Below the pieces are notes generated by a model. The model made no database searches and was not told the origin of the DNA. It saw only the letters and a list, made by a program, of their open reading frames with translations. 64,000 nucleotides of DNA from Phoronis australis (lineage: Eukaryota > Animalia > Phoronida), in contig NMRA01000062.1 of assembly GCA_002633005.1 (NCBI GenBank), positions 62,001 through 126,000 of the forward strand. The letters run 5' to 3'. Position numbers and translations under genes: made by a program. Positions 1-12,300 of this stretch are shown here, piece after piece (the first letter of the stretch is position 1; every line of letters begins with the position of its first letter).

Positions 1-212
1 TCCGCGGCAAATTCCTTTCTTACCGCGGCGTTGCAGACGATGTTCACCTCGAAAAGCGGAAGTTGCTCTTTGTGTTTCGGAGGAACGTAAATTGTCAACA
101 TTTCCGGGGCATCTGGGACAGCGTGGTGGGATTTTCAATGGCGTCTCGTGTTATTGTTAAGCATGGCGACAAGTACTACCACTCTGCAGCCAAAAATGTG
201 TGGGTTGTGAGT
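1..212 (+). promoter_or_regulatory. CpG-rich promoter-like segment and candidate alternative first exon
   Basis: High CpG density; ETS-like GCGGAAGT (56-63) and TTCCGG (~102); ATGGCG at 138 and 163; GTGAGT donor at 207. Confidence 0.45.
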
Positions 213-1667
213 GGACGGGCGAGTTAAAAGGACGCAGACGCATGCTACTGATGGTGGTAACGTTTTTTTTTTTAGTCCCGATTTTTGTCGGGGAAAGGTT
301 CACATCAACCATTTCAAGGCTGGTTATCGGGCATGATTTGGGCCGTAAAAGTTTCAAAGTATCCGCGTTTTTTGTCATTGGTCATTCCAAGCCCTGGTCT
401 TTGTGCATTACGTAATTTGCATATGGGGCCTCCTCTTTCAATTGAAGTTCGTTTGTGAATGATTGACTAACGAAGCACATGCTTATTTGGCTTTGTATAG
501 TGTGTTATTTCGGATGCAAATAAATTGTAAGGAATTACTTTTATAAAACGTGAAAATAAAATCGCCACGTTATGTCGCGTCGACTTCAGTACTGAGAATC
601 CGGGTGCTTACGAGATCAGCGTGGATGAGAAATCATTGAGATTTGCTGAATCCTGTCGTCGAGTGGGGAGAAATCAGTCACGCTAATTGCAATACTGCAG
701 CATGACCAATTGAGTTTTCATCAGTGCTTTTTAGATGTATGTTTCGATACTAAAATTTGTTGTTGCTAGGTATGTCGTGCTGTCGTTTGATAGATATTTA
801 AACTTTCGGTAATGTGTTGGAAATTGTATGAATTTTCCCTTGCAAAATATGGATTTTTAGAGATCGAAGGTTATGGATAATGTGCCAAACAGGTGGCAGC
901 TCTGAACAACGTGTCGCGTTGTTGCATTTTACCTGTTGCCAAGCAACGCTACTTCACCATGACAACAAGACTTGATATTACTGTAGCAGTGTGTTCTCAT
1001 ACAGTCTAGTTATAGTTTTGACAGTGTTCTTCGCTAGCTTGTCTTCCAGTTAGAACGTAGTCAAATGCTTGAATAAAATAATCATCTCAATTTACACAGT
1101 CTTAACTTTTAAATGCTTGAAAACTACAATAAAGACACTTCAGTCTTTGTCCACAATGATGACTTCGGCGACACCTTTTTCAAAATCAGTTGTTATGGCA
1201 TGGTTATACATTGATATAGAGTTCATGACACAGAAATGTTGTATTGTACACTTAACAGCCGTGATAACATACTGCGTTTGTGTCCTACAGAGCGCCATCT
1301 AGTGACGATAGGTATAATTGTGCTTAGTTGCCAGTGTGCTCAGGCGTGCTATGATTCACCGTAGTTGTTGAATTTTGTTTAATTTGACGTCGCGTGCATT
1401 TGTTTATGTGTGTGTGTCTATGGCATTTGGAAAACTGAAGGTTTTTTTTGTCAAAATATATTTAGCGTGACTCCGTGATAAAAATGACAGTTTGGATTAT
1501 ATCAAATTGTAACCTGTTGCAGTGTTGTTTGTACTGTGTGTACTTTTAGCACACGTTGCAGTTCACACGGTGTGTTGTACTTGGACATCCTGCCAAGTTG
1601 TAGTACAGAGTAGTAGTTCTCCAGATGCTAGTGTTAAAGAGACGTAGTATGCTAGTGGCTGTATAGA

Positions 1668-1885
1668 GTTAAGCCCCTCTCACACTGACACATAGGTCTA
1701 CACTATGACAACTTACCAACAAAGTTTGCTCCAGGCTTGAAAGTTGACCAATCGTAAACATTCCAATTCCATAAGACGTGATTGGTCAATTTCAATTAAA
1801 GCCTCGAGTATTTTTTGGGTGATGGGTCTTGGTGTGACAATAACTAACTCAGGAAAACTACGACGTTGTCTTGAGGGGACTTAAC
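1668..1885. mobile_element. Possible MITE remnant
   Basis: GTTAAGCCCCTC ... GAGGGGACTTAAC inverted ends; internal TTGACCAATC / GATTGGTCAA inversion. Confidence 0.4.
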
Positions 1886-3320
1886 AGTAACTGACTCACA
1901 TATTATACATAAATGATTGCTTTACTATGGCAGTGCTCTCCCTGACTGTTGTAGTTGTTGAGGACCTGCTTCAGTGTCAGTGTGATCAGGACATAGTGTC
2001 TGGCTTGACCTACTGTCACTTCTACAGTGTCTAGCATGCGTAGTGAACGTAGAAAGTTGTAGTTTTTGTGGTGTGTGTGTGTGCATCTTATTACATTTAC
2101 CGCGTTATTTTCTGTGTGATTTTGAGAAAAAAATGTTTGATTTTTTGTGAAAATGTTGATATTAGAACTGTTTGTGTGTTGTGTAATGTTGAGTTTATGG
2201 TTGGCTTTATTTAGTTGGCTTCACTACCTTGAGCAGAGCCTTCAAACTAAGCATGCAAAGTTACTGTTGAGTCGGCTTTCAGTGGATCTCCTGCTGTACA
2301 GACAGCTTGAGCTGTTGATGATAGTTGCAGTGTTTGACTGACCGGAAGGCAGTTTACACTGTACATAATTTATGTCGTTGTTGCAGTCTCTGTTATTATC
2401 ACTAAGTTGCTAGTGGAGGCTCAGTATTTACCAGAACTTAAGTTGACTTTTGGGTCAGTTTATGCTTTGTGCTTGGAAAAGTCATGCATGCACTGAACAT
2501 TGTGATAGTTACAAGAGAGTGACTGTGTATTCATTTTGTTCAGGGTTTACATATCTTAGATCATTCGAAACATCTCGGGGATTACCGTAGCTCAAAATTT
2601 CCCTTCGGAATTGAACATTATTTGTGTGCGCATACTACAGTCATACAGCCAATCGTTCTCGAGTTTGATAGTCACATGACTCTCCCCATAGGCACAAATA
2701 ACATCTATCTGGTAAGAAAATATGCCTGAGGTGTTCTGGATGATCCCAGATATATAACCATGGAGTGCCCTCTGTTGTTGACATAGAGGGCAAAAATTTC
2801 CCTCACTGGAGGAGGCCAGAGGCAATGTTTTGGTATAGTGCAAGAAGATCCAAAGCAGTGTTTTGTAAAATGGATGGTGTTCAGTCACACCTAGGATTAT
2901 AGACTTTTTCTCCCATGGTTTACAATTAATTTTATTGGTCACATAGTCTATTTTGCCACAAGTTTAACAAAACTCATAGAAACTGATAAGATATCACAAT
3001 TTTTTTTTTGAAATCCACTGTATGGAGAACTTGAGATACGGTAAAACCTCACCAATTTCAAAGAAAAATAATTGCAAAAAGTGACCTTCCTTCATTTTTT
3101 GTACACTTGTAGTGTAAGTGCCAAAATTACTCAAAGCGTTGTCTGTTGTGAGCCATGAAGATGACAAAGCATTTGTTTGGTACTAATTAACTTTAACTAA
3201 AAATTAAAACTTTCACTTTTCCACCATATTGTACCCATATTTGATGGACCTGACTGTTGTCATCTGCTGCGTGTCACTTTGTTGTTTTTATCCTCATTGC
3301 TGTATTCTGATTGGTTGTAG

Positions 3321-3397
3321 GCGCAGCGGTTATGGACGAGCATCGGCCATGTCGCGGATCAGCAGCAGCAGTCCTCGAACAAACAAAGATAAACCAG
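3321..3397 (+). CDS. CLASP: CLASP exon (S/R-rich linker)
   Basis: ttgtag|...CCAG|gtaaga; RSGYGRASAMSRISSSSPRTNKDKP; phase 2-1. Confidence 0.7.
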
Positions 3398-6300
3398 GTA
3401 AGACCACCTGAGCCAGGTGAGCTGTTTACCTGCCTCACTCCCATACAGTCCTATCTTGAAGTAATCTTTTTCTTTAGTTGATTCCTCACATGTTCAATTT
3501 GTGTCTCAGTGCAGTTTAGTTCACCTAGAAGTAATTACGTTGCCAGTTGTACCAGGGGATGTGAGGGGGGCACAAACTGGGCGTTATCTTGGAGGGTTAG
3601 AGAATACTATAGTGCCTGGGATGAAAGTAATGGAGTACCAGTAGGGTATTGTGTCAAGGAAGGGGCGTCTTTGTTAGGTATTGTCCCCATGGGTTGCTGT
3701 TCTCCGCCTGGTTCCCTGGGCATGGTGTTGGTTTACACCTTTGATGTGTTGTTGCGGCCCCCCCTCCTGTACCCATTATGTGGAAGAGGACCCTCGCATT
3801 TATGCGAGATGTTAAATGTTACCAAAATCTTAAATACTTTCAACGTTCGTTACTTCTGGGCCAGCTACTTCTGAAAAGTAACTTTGTGACCTCTTGGTGA
3901 AATTAATCTTGATAACGTTTTATTTTTAATTACATCACCTGTTATAGTTTGGTCTGTCTGTGTGTGCGTGTCTTGCCTAACTGTGACTTTATTTATACGC
4001 AGCACCTTTCTCCCGTCTGGTGCCGCCACGCCTCGCTACACTGCCTCCGGTTATTTATGCTCGTCCACCACTATTTTTTATTTAAGAACCGTTGTCTGCA
4101 TGGTTGTCGTGCTATCATTCTGTCTTCCATTTTGGATTATAAACCAATAAGAGGTGTGAGATGAGCGAAACAAGCGGTGTCATCGAGTAGCATAACTTGA
4201 TGCAGTGAAGAGTGGTCGCCCCATTCTTGTTGATGTCACGGTAGCGTGTTTTGCAGACGGTCTTTCTGCGGGTAGAATCGCCCGCTCCAGTAGTGCTCAG
4301 GACCTTGCTGGGAAGCCAAGGTCAGCATCTAAGTCGCGGCCATCGGCTGCACGAGTGCCCTCTGGTGTGGGAAATTATAGTTCACTGCGTAAGTAACCAC
4401 ATGGATTAGAGTAGTGAGTACTGACCATACATAATGTACTAAGTGGATAGCCTCGCTAATAGTTATTTTTTGTCGTATTAATAATGTTTTCAAACTCCAA
4501 TATGTGATGTTAAATCAGATATTCCTGATTGCTAGATTTGATTACATGGCACAGGCTAAATATCACAAAGATCAGATGGCAAATGTTTTATGACAATGTT
4601 TCTTTGTTTCTGACCTGTTTCGAGAATACTGAACCTTTCGTGTGGTCCGTTTCCAACGTTTCATTTCTCCCAGTTTTCATCTTTGTTCACTCAGTCTTGT
4701 TTTTGCCTTGATGTGTTTCTCGTGCTTTTGTGTAAAACTGAACAGTGTCGGCAGATCAAGTAGTTGGTCAGGGCCTTCCAGCTTGCGCCTCCTTACCCTC
4801 GCCAATTTCGGTCATTTGTGTCCAAACATTGCAATCAAAAATGACTGCTATAACCAATACTTAATACTGGGACACACATGGCTATACGGTAAATGTTCTC
4901 CTGTTTGGTTCAGTTTCTTAAATTTGGGACACAGAAATTCAAGCAGAATTCAATTTTTGACATTCATCCCATTTCTCAAATTTCAGACGCTGCATTTTTG
5001 TATCGAAAGAGTCTGAAAATAGACTTTGCAGATCATAAAATCGTCAAAAGTAGCCAGCAATGCAAACTTTTCATGCGTCCTCAGAGTGTAACATCGTAAC
5101 TCTTGAATTGGGGATGGTCAATATTGCTTAATTCTAAAATGTGGTATGGCTTCTGACCTTTAGCAAAATGACTCATTGTTCACTGTCCCAAACTGGAGAA
5201 TTTTACTTTAACAACTTGTTTCTGGGGAGAGCCGTCGACCACCATGGAGAGCCCTAGATCATCATTTGAAGTGCCGTAACATTGCTCTTGATTGGTCAGT
5301 TAGTGTGAAGTTGTCGTCCCGCTGACGTGCTTTGTACTGGCTGTTCATGCATGTCCGTCATTTCACAGCTACAGAGGTACACTACACCATGTCCAGAACA
5401 TGGTCGGGATACCAAATTAAGACATCAGGTACAACGTGAGAGATAGCCTAGTGAAAACATGACACCAGCGTTACTTGTAGGATGAAAAACAACGGCTATG
5501 TAAATCTCAATATTATGGTACTATCTGAAACATGGAGTACCATCAGTGCGGAAACGTTTAGTAGCTACAACTAAGTATTTCTTAAAGAATTTGGTCTGCT
5601 TGTTCAGTGTTGTCAGTGTAGCCATAGCCAACAGGTGGGGCTGGTGTCACTTGAGGTTTTCCTATCGCTCAGTTTGTGTGCTGTGATTTTAAGTTGCAAT
5701 AAGCTGGTAATACTATGCTGCTCAATTTGTTGGCTTCCCTTTTGATTACATTTTCTATGTGTCACAGTTGTTGACACATTTCTTCGGCCACATTCAAGAC
5801 CATGTTCTTTTCTTTCTGACAAGCCGCCAAAATTACCATGACAACAATGGCTCTCAATCAAAGTATGGCGAGCTCCAAGAGCAGACGTAAGTGGTTGTAC
5901 GATATTACCAGTTGTTGCATATGACCTCATACAGGGGGGTGACTTGCAGTGTCATCATGTTTAGTTGTCTGCTTATCAGTTGAGTTATGCCTGCTTCAGA
6001 CCCTTCTGTTTTCTCCCACGTTTTCAGCGCGCCAACGCACGTCGTCTGGAGCAAGCGGTAACGCCATCTCTAGCGTGGTGTCTCCCCCCGACCGCAGTCG
6101 GCCGCGGGCCCGGTCGGGAGTGTCACAGTCACAACGTAAGTTGTCCACAACACACGCAGTGCAGACACCAGCTGCAGGCCTTGTCGTCATTCTCTCACTA
6201 GGTGGTGCTGCTATTGTTAAACTTGTCTACAATTTTCAGTTATCTGTCGGTATGATCTCCACTATCTGTAAACTGTCTTAGTGTGTTCAGAATATCTTTG

Positions 6301-9300
6301 AGAATATACCTGTTATCAGGTTCAAGGGTCTGCCTTAAATTGACAGCAGAGGGCAGTATATAAAGAAAACATGTCCGTGTGCATGAACTGTTGAGTTGAG
6401 CATGTTTTTGTTGTGTTCTTGTACTTCCTAATCCGTTGCTGAACACTCCTACCACTCCAACGCTGTCATTGCAAACTATTTTCTGTTGATCGCATGATGG
6501 TGTTGTGAAGCAATATGTGGCCACCATGACAACAGCACAGCTCCGGGGTCCGTCCACCAAAAAGGGTGCTCAAGGCCCACCAAACCTGACTCAGTTTGTC
6601 TGTGTGACAGTATCATCACTCTAATGTGTTTTGTAAGGATAGCAGGGTGTGACTCTCTTTAACGCACACTAGTGTGATGAACAAGTGGCAACTAACTGAC
6701 GAGGAAGTGACTAGGTTTGAGGAGAACTACTGCTTGGTCTGTTTTGCAATATTTTACTAACTCTGACTGGCATTTTGAACCTCTTGGTTGATTTTTATAC
6801 AAAACGAAATTAACGGAAATAGCACCTCACACTATGAAAGCACCGTGTGCCTGATGCGCTTTACTACCTGTGGTGTCGAGTTGAAGGGTAAGTTGTTATG
6901 TTCCTGGCTGGGACTGCAAATTGGCAATTGTCAGAGTGAGAGAACTAAACTGACATGACTGACTGAACACTCTTACTGCTTGACACTCAGGTTTGAAAAA
7001 AATTGTCGTTTTTATAAATTTGTTTTTATAGAAAAGTTCATTATGTCCCATAGAAGGTACTGACCAAAAATGTCTACGCAAATGCTTAAAATTTACCTTG
7101 ACATGTTTTTATTAGGTGTAAAAAGTTGCAGTAAAAACCCTTGCCTTCCAGACTTGACGATTACTGTTCGATATTTTCGAAGGGTCAAGTCGTCTAGTTG
7201 CCTGCCAGTATCTTTAGTACACATATATGCATTCAGTCTCTTTGGTACCTTTGTCTCTCCATACGTCATTGGTTGTCATCACAGGTAATGTATTTGACTC
7301 TGTCACGTGACCCTTATTCTAGCCGGCAGTCGATCGAGCTCACCCTCGTCACGGTACGGCTACATCACACGTATTCCCGCACCGGCCACGCCTGGCACCC
7401 CCAGTCAAGGACGTCGACGGTCGGGCATACCTCGGAGCCAGGGGGCCAGCAGAGACGCCAGCCCCAACAGGACAGGTGAGTGTGTTCATTGGAACTTTAG
7501 AGGAGTACTGAGTCAGTAGAATGGCATTACAATCTACTGTTCTCTGTAACTACCGTTCTTGACAAAGCATCGTGTTTGTCTACAAAAGCAAAGTGCGGTT
7601 TTGGTGTGGAAGGATTTTTGACCATGTGTCAAATCCAACTGCAAACTCCTTCTGTTCTCGACTATGGTTTCTAAACCCCTGACCTGGGGACTTGGTGATT
7701 TAGTATGTAAATTTTTGGTATTGTGTGTCACTTTCATATACGACGTTGTCCTTGCAGGTCGAGACAGGCGGCTGAGTGGATCTGGCCGGCTTCACCCACA
7801 GAGAATGGGTATGTGGACGGGTTGAGTCAGTGGGGCTGTGGAATGTTCTTTTGTTTGATAAGGGGCTGTCTCACAACTTAAGGATTTGCTGATGGACTTC
7901 AGCTGTGCCTGACCCAGGGCACAAACCGATGGTCAATGGATGTACCTGTGAATGTTACCCAGTCGACTGTTTTTATTTTTTTACGACATACCTTTTGTGG
8001 ATGTGGATAAACACCTTTTCTGTTGTCTGTCAATATTTAATTGTGTAGTTTGTCGTTCTAACAAATTAATAATAACCGTGAATCTGTTCATTCGATGAAA
8101 CTTAATTTTGCCTGCATTTCCAACAGGTGCCCCACAACGCGTTCTGGGGACGGGGAAAGAGGCAGAACAGTTTTTGGCAGACGCACTGGTGAGTGATATG
8201 TCCACCAGGTGGCAGGTTAAGTCTTGCTCGTGTCGGGTGGAGTATAGACCTTACATGTTGAGGATACACAGTTGTTGCTCTTAATGCTATTTTTTCTTTG
8301 AATTCTAAGTCATAAGTTGTTGTGAGTCATAGTGGATGTTAAAGATGGTTTTTCAGACTTTCTAAATGACAGTTAATTCAAATTTATGTTGATGTGAAAA
8401 TCAGCTTTAATGTAAATGAGACTGAGAGGTTAGTCTTAAACACCACAATGTGTTTAAACATGCAAAGTGCTCAACATCCTGTTTGGACTGTGAAAATACC
8501 AACAGAGGTCTTCGCTTCAAATAAACACTCCATTTGCTTTCTGTAAACTGTAATATTACTTCATGAACAGAGATGTGAGGTGGTGTTGTTATCATCCAAC
8601 TTTCTCATTTCCTTGTCCAGAAATCTGGTCAGATGATGCGTCGTCGCTACGAGTACGATAGTGATGACGCTGCCAGTGAGACCTCCAGTATCTGCTCAGA
8701 GAGGTCATACGGCTCGGCGTTTGGACGTACATCTGAGGTGAGTCACCTGCGATGACACTACAGGTGTCTGCCACCTGGCAAAGTTACCTTAGGGATCTCG
8801 GCATGACACTATACCTGGTGGTTAGTCCCAAGCGTTGACTTGTTGCTTTCTCATGAGTCATTTCAAAAGTTTGTTTGGAATTCTGGTCGTTCATATTTGC
8901 ACAGTTTTTAGTCGAGCTTGTTATAACAAAACTAACTCTTTTCTGAACTGCAGAATCGGTTCCAGCTGTCTGCCAATTCATTTTCATTCACCAATCATTT
9001 CCCTTTCTTGTCTTTATGGGCAGATTGAATATTAGAGATTATACTTGAAGGACCAGTCAACAGGTAAACCATCCTTCAGTTGATGGGATCTAATTTGGTC
9101 ACAGAGTACCGCCACATCTGTTAATGTCATGTATATTCAAACTGAGAGACTAAATGGGAGGGTGGACATTGAACCAAGTTCAAGCATTCAAAAAGGTGCC
9201 TTTTGATTGGATGGACTTGACGTTTACCCAGATATGGGTGTTTAAAAACAAACCTTTGAAGTGACTGTTCTGGAGGTTCACCTGAACGTACAACTCTTTT

Positions 9301-12300
9301 TAATGGCGTGAATGTTCCATTTTTATCAGGACATCCTGTACAAGAATGGGAATGAACAGTCAGCATATTTGAACTATTTATTAATCAGAGGATAAATGAT
9401 TTCTTGTGTTTTGAGATCTACTAATCAGCACAGTTCTGTAGCAAGTGTCCTGTCTGTATGCCTATAACAGTGTCAGTGTCACCAGGACTCTATAGCCATG
9501 ACCAGTACTTACCAACCTTTTGGCATGGTTTGCGGAATGTGCACATGAGTTTATTAGGCCCGTTTGTAGTTAGTCGCAGTTGATCACATTAGCCTAGCTC
9601 TTTAACACTCTACTCACCTGCTGCACTTATCTGTCCACCCATTTACCTATAGTTAAAGTCACGTCACATCGATACCAAGGCTCTCTCCTGCCCCACGCTA
9701 CACGACCAGGTAATGCGTATGGCGCCTTCTACTGGAGCAGAGTCGAGACTGAGTGATAAATTAGGTGTCTGATTATGTGTATGTGTTGGAGAATGTGTTT
9801 TTATTTAAAGCACCAGGCAGCGCCGTTTCTGGGATCTAATTAAAAGTGAAAAAGAACGATTTTGCATTGAAGTATCCGATGGCAGAAACAGTGATTTAAT
9901 TCCATTCAATGTCTTGAACAAGGGTGGGTAATTTGTACTGCTAACTTGGTTTTTTTAAAGACCTTGAAAAAGTGTTCCACCGAATAACAAAACTGATGTG
10001 ACTATGAAGTTGTGCTGGAACACTTTTTTCTTGACGGTTTTGTTTTATTCGAATGTTTGCTGCTCACATACACGAGTGGTAGGCTATACAACCAGTCAGG
10101 TCAACCAAAACAAACAGGGCGCTGCATGAGGCAAAATCTTCCTAAGTGTGAAATACAATGTGTCTCGACCTGCAGATGTAGGCCTGATGTACACTGCATT
10201 GCACGGAGATGTCACTGCAACTATGGGGACTCTGCACTCTGCTTTATTAATGAACACATTATGTCAAATGCTTTGAATGCTTTTTGTCAAATTTACTTGA
10301 TTTTTTTTCAGTTTTGCCTATGCTGCTTTGTTGTCTCTTGTTTAAACATTTGATCTCTTAGAATGCTGTCTCACTTTGGATGATATGCTTTGGCTTTATA
10401 ACCCACTAAAATGTGTGGCCTGATGGATATGTTGACTTTAGTGTTTATTTCCTCCTTGCTTGAGTGTCTCGCATGAGGCCCTTTATTGGCCGTCACTAAT
10501 TTGCCATCTATTGTGTGTTTTGTTTTTACCAGCACGAGAGAAAAGCTCGCCCTAGCAAGGTACGCTGTTGTCGTGTAGATCGTCTATCTTCTTAGTGTTC
10601 TCCATCTTCATATGATTTGCCACCTTTACCTTTGTAGATCTTAGAAGTGCCTTTGATGTTGTTTTTCGGTTATTGTGTTATGGACTTGATCTCTGGTTTT
10701 GATCTCTTAGTTTGACTTGTAGTGTTCTGTGCATGTATAGGTGATAAATACTCTTCTGTCTCGCTACAAAATGTCTCGTTTCCATGAAATCCTTGATAGT
10801 TGTAAATACATTAAATAAAATAGCAACGCTGTATATTCGTAGTCGTGTGTTTGGTCAGGCAGTGTTCTGTAGTCAGGTGCTCTTGGCCATTTGTGTTGTT
10901 CCTTTACCTGTCAAAGTGCGTTTCAGTTTGGGTAGAAAAGTTTGTGCCCACTTTTATCCAGTGTTTCTTAGAATGAATTGAAGATGTTTGTTCCTTTTGA
11001 GGTACTGCGATATTAGGCAATCTTTGTAATGTTTGGTCTGTTGAACACTTTGAACCTTATTACAGAATTCCATTTTATCTACGATAAATAAGATTGACGC
11101 TCATAGTTGATGGCCTCCTATGACCTAGATTTTGGTGTCTCCTAAGCTGACCAATATGTCTAGTTGTTTCAGTGTGTCCAGTGGTGTGCCACGTTCACAC
11201 AAAGCCATGCAAGTGATGGTGTACGCGTAAATCCTGCCTTGATTGAGGACAATCTCTTCAATTTCAGACATCAACAATGACAAACTGAATCCATTTCCGT
11301 AACATTTGATACAATTAACCTTGGTGACCAGATATTCTCACCTGTTGCGCAACTCCGACATGGCCCTTAACTTTTTGAGAATTTCAAATTTTTTCACTGC
11401 CCGAAGTTTGGAAATTGCTACTATTCTCCCCTTAGTTTCCTCCTGAAGTCAGGCAACAGTATCACGTGATATTTTTATTTCGTGACGCCTTACCATACTC
11501 TGGCATGACATTTGGCAGTGGTTTTCTTTACAGGAAGTTCAAGACATCCTGGTCAACATGTCCAGTTCGTCGTGGTCTGACAGGAAAGAGGGGCTGTTGT
11601 CCTTACAGAATCTGTTCGCCTGTAACCGCTGCCTCAAGTAAGCAAACTGGCGTGTTACATTTTAACAACCCACTAGTGTACATTTCTCAGTGTAATCGCT
11701 TAAACGTTAAAGCACCAAACCTTAATGGCAACATTCCTCAAGTGCTAACTGTTCAGATTATTGTCTAAGAACATTCTGACCTTGTGGTTACAGCCGTACA
11801 GAGCTGAAGAAGGTGACTGACATGTTCACTCGTATGTTCCACGACCCTCATGGCAAGGTCTTCACCATCTTCTTGGACACACTCATGGACTGTATCATTG
11901 TTCACAAGGCTGAGATGCATGATTGGTTGTTTGTACTGATGACACGCCTCATACAGAAGATGGGCGTGGACATGTTGGGCTCTGTGCAGGGCAAGGTGCT
12001 GCGAGCCATGGAGTGTGTCAGGTGAGAGGGGGAGGGACTTGAGTGAGAAATGGGAGGGACTTGGTGAGAGGAGGAGAAGCTTGGCTGAGAGGGGTGGGGC
12101 TGTGTGGGCCTTGAGTGAGAGAGGGAGGTGCTTGGGTGGAGGGGGTGGGCATGGGTGAGATTGCAGGGTCTTGGGTGATAGGGGAGGCACTTGGATGAGA
12201 GTGGGAGATACTTGGCTGGGTATGGATGAAAGAGGAGAGACTTGGGTGAATGGGAAAAGTGTTGCGTTAGAAGGAAGGGGTTGGATGAGAGGAGGGCACG

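Noticed and set aside
4746-4870. Possible exon after a long pyrimidine-rich stretch
   Set aside because: No convincing donor; the required frame reaches a stop
5369-5428. 60-nt phase 1-1 open segment (PTEVHYTMSRTWSGYQIKTS) as another cassette exon
   Set aside because: The acceptor is plausible but the donor GTACAA is weak; not enough support
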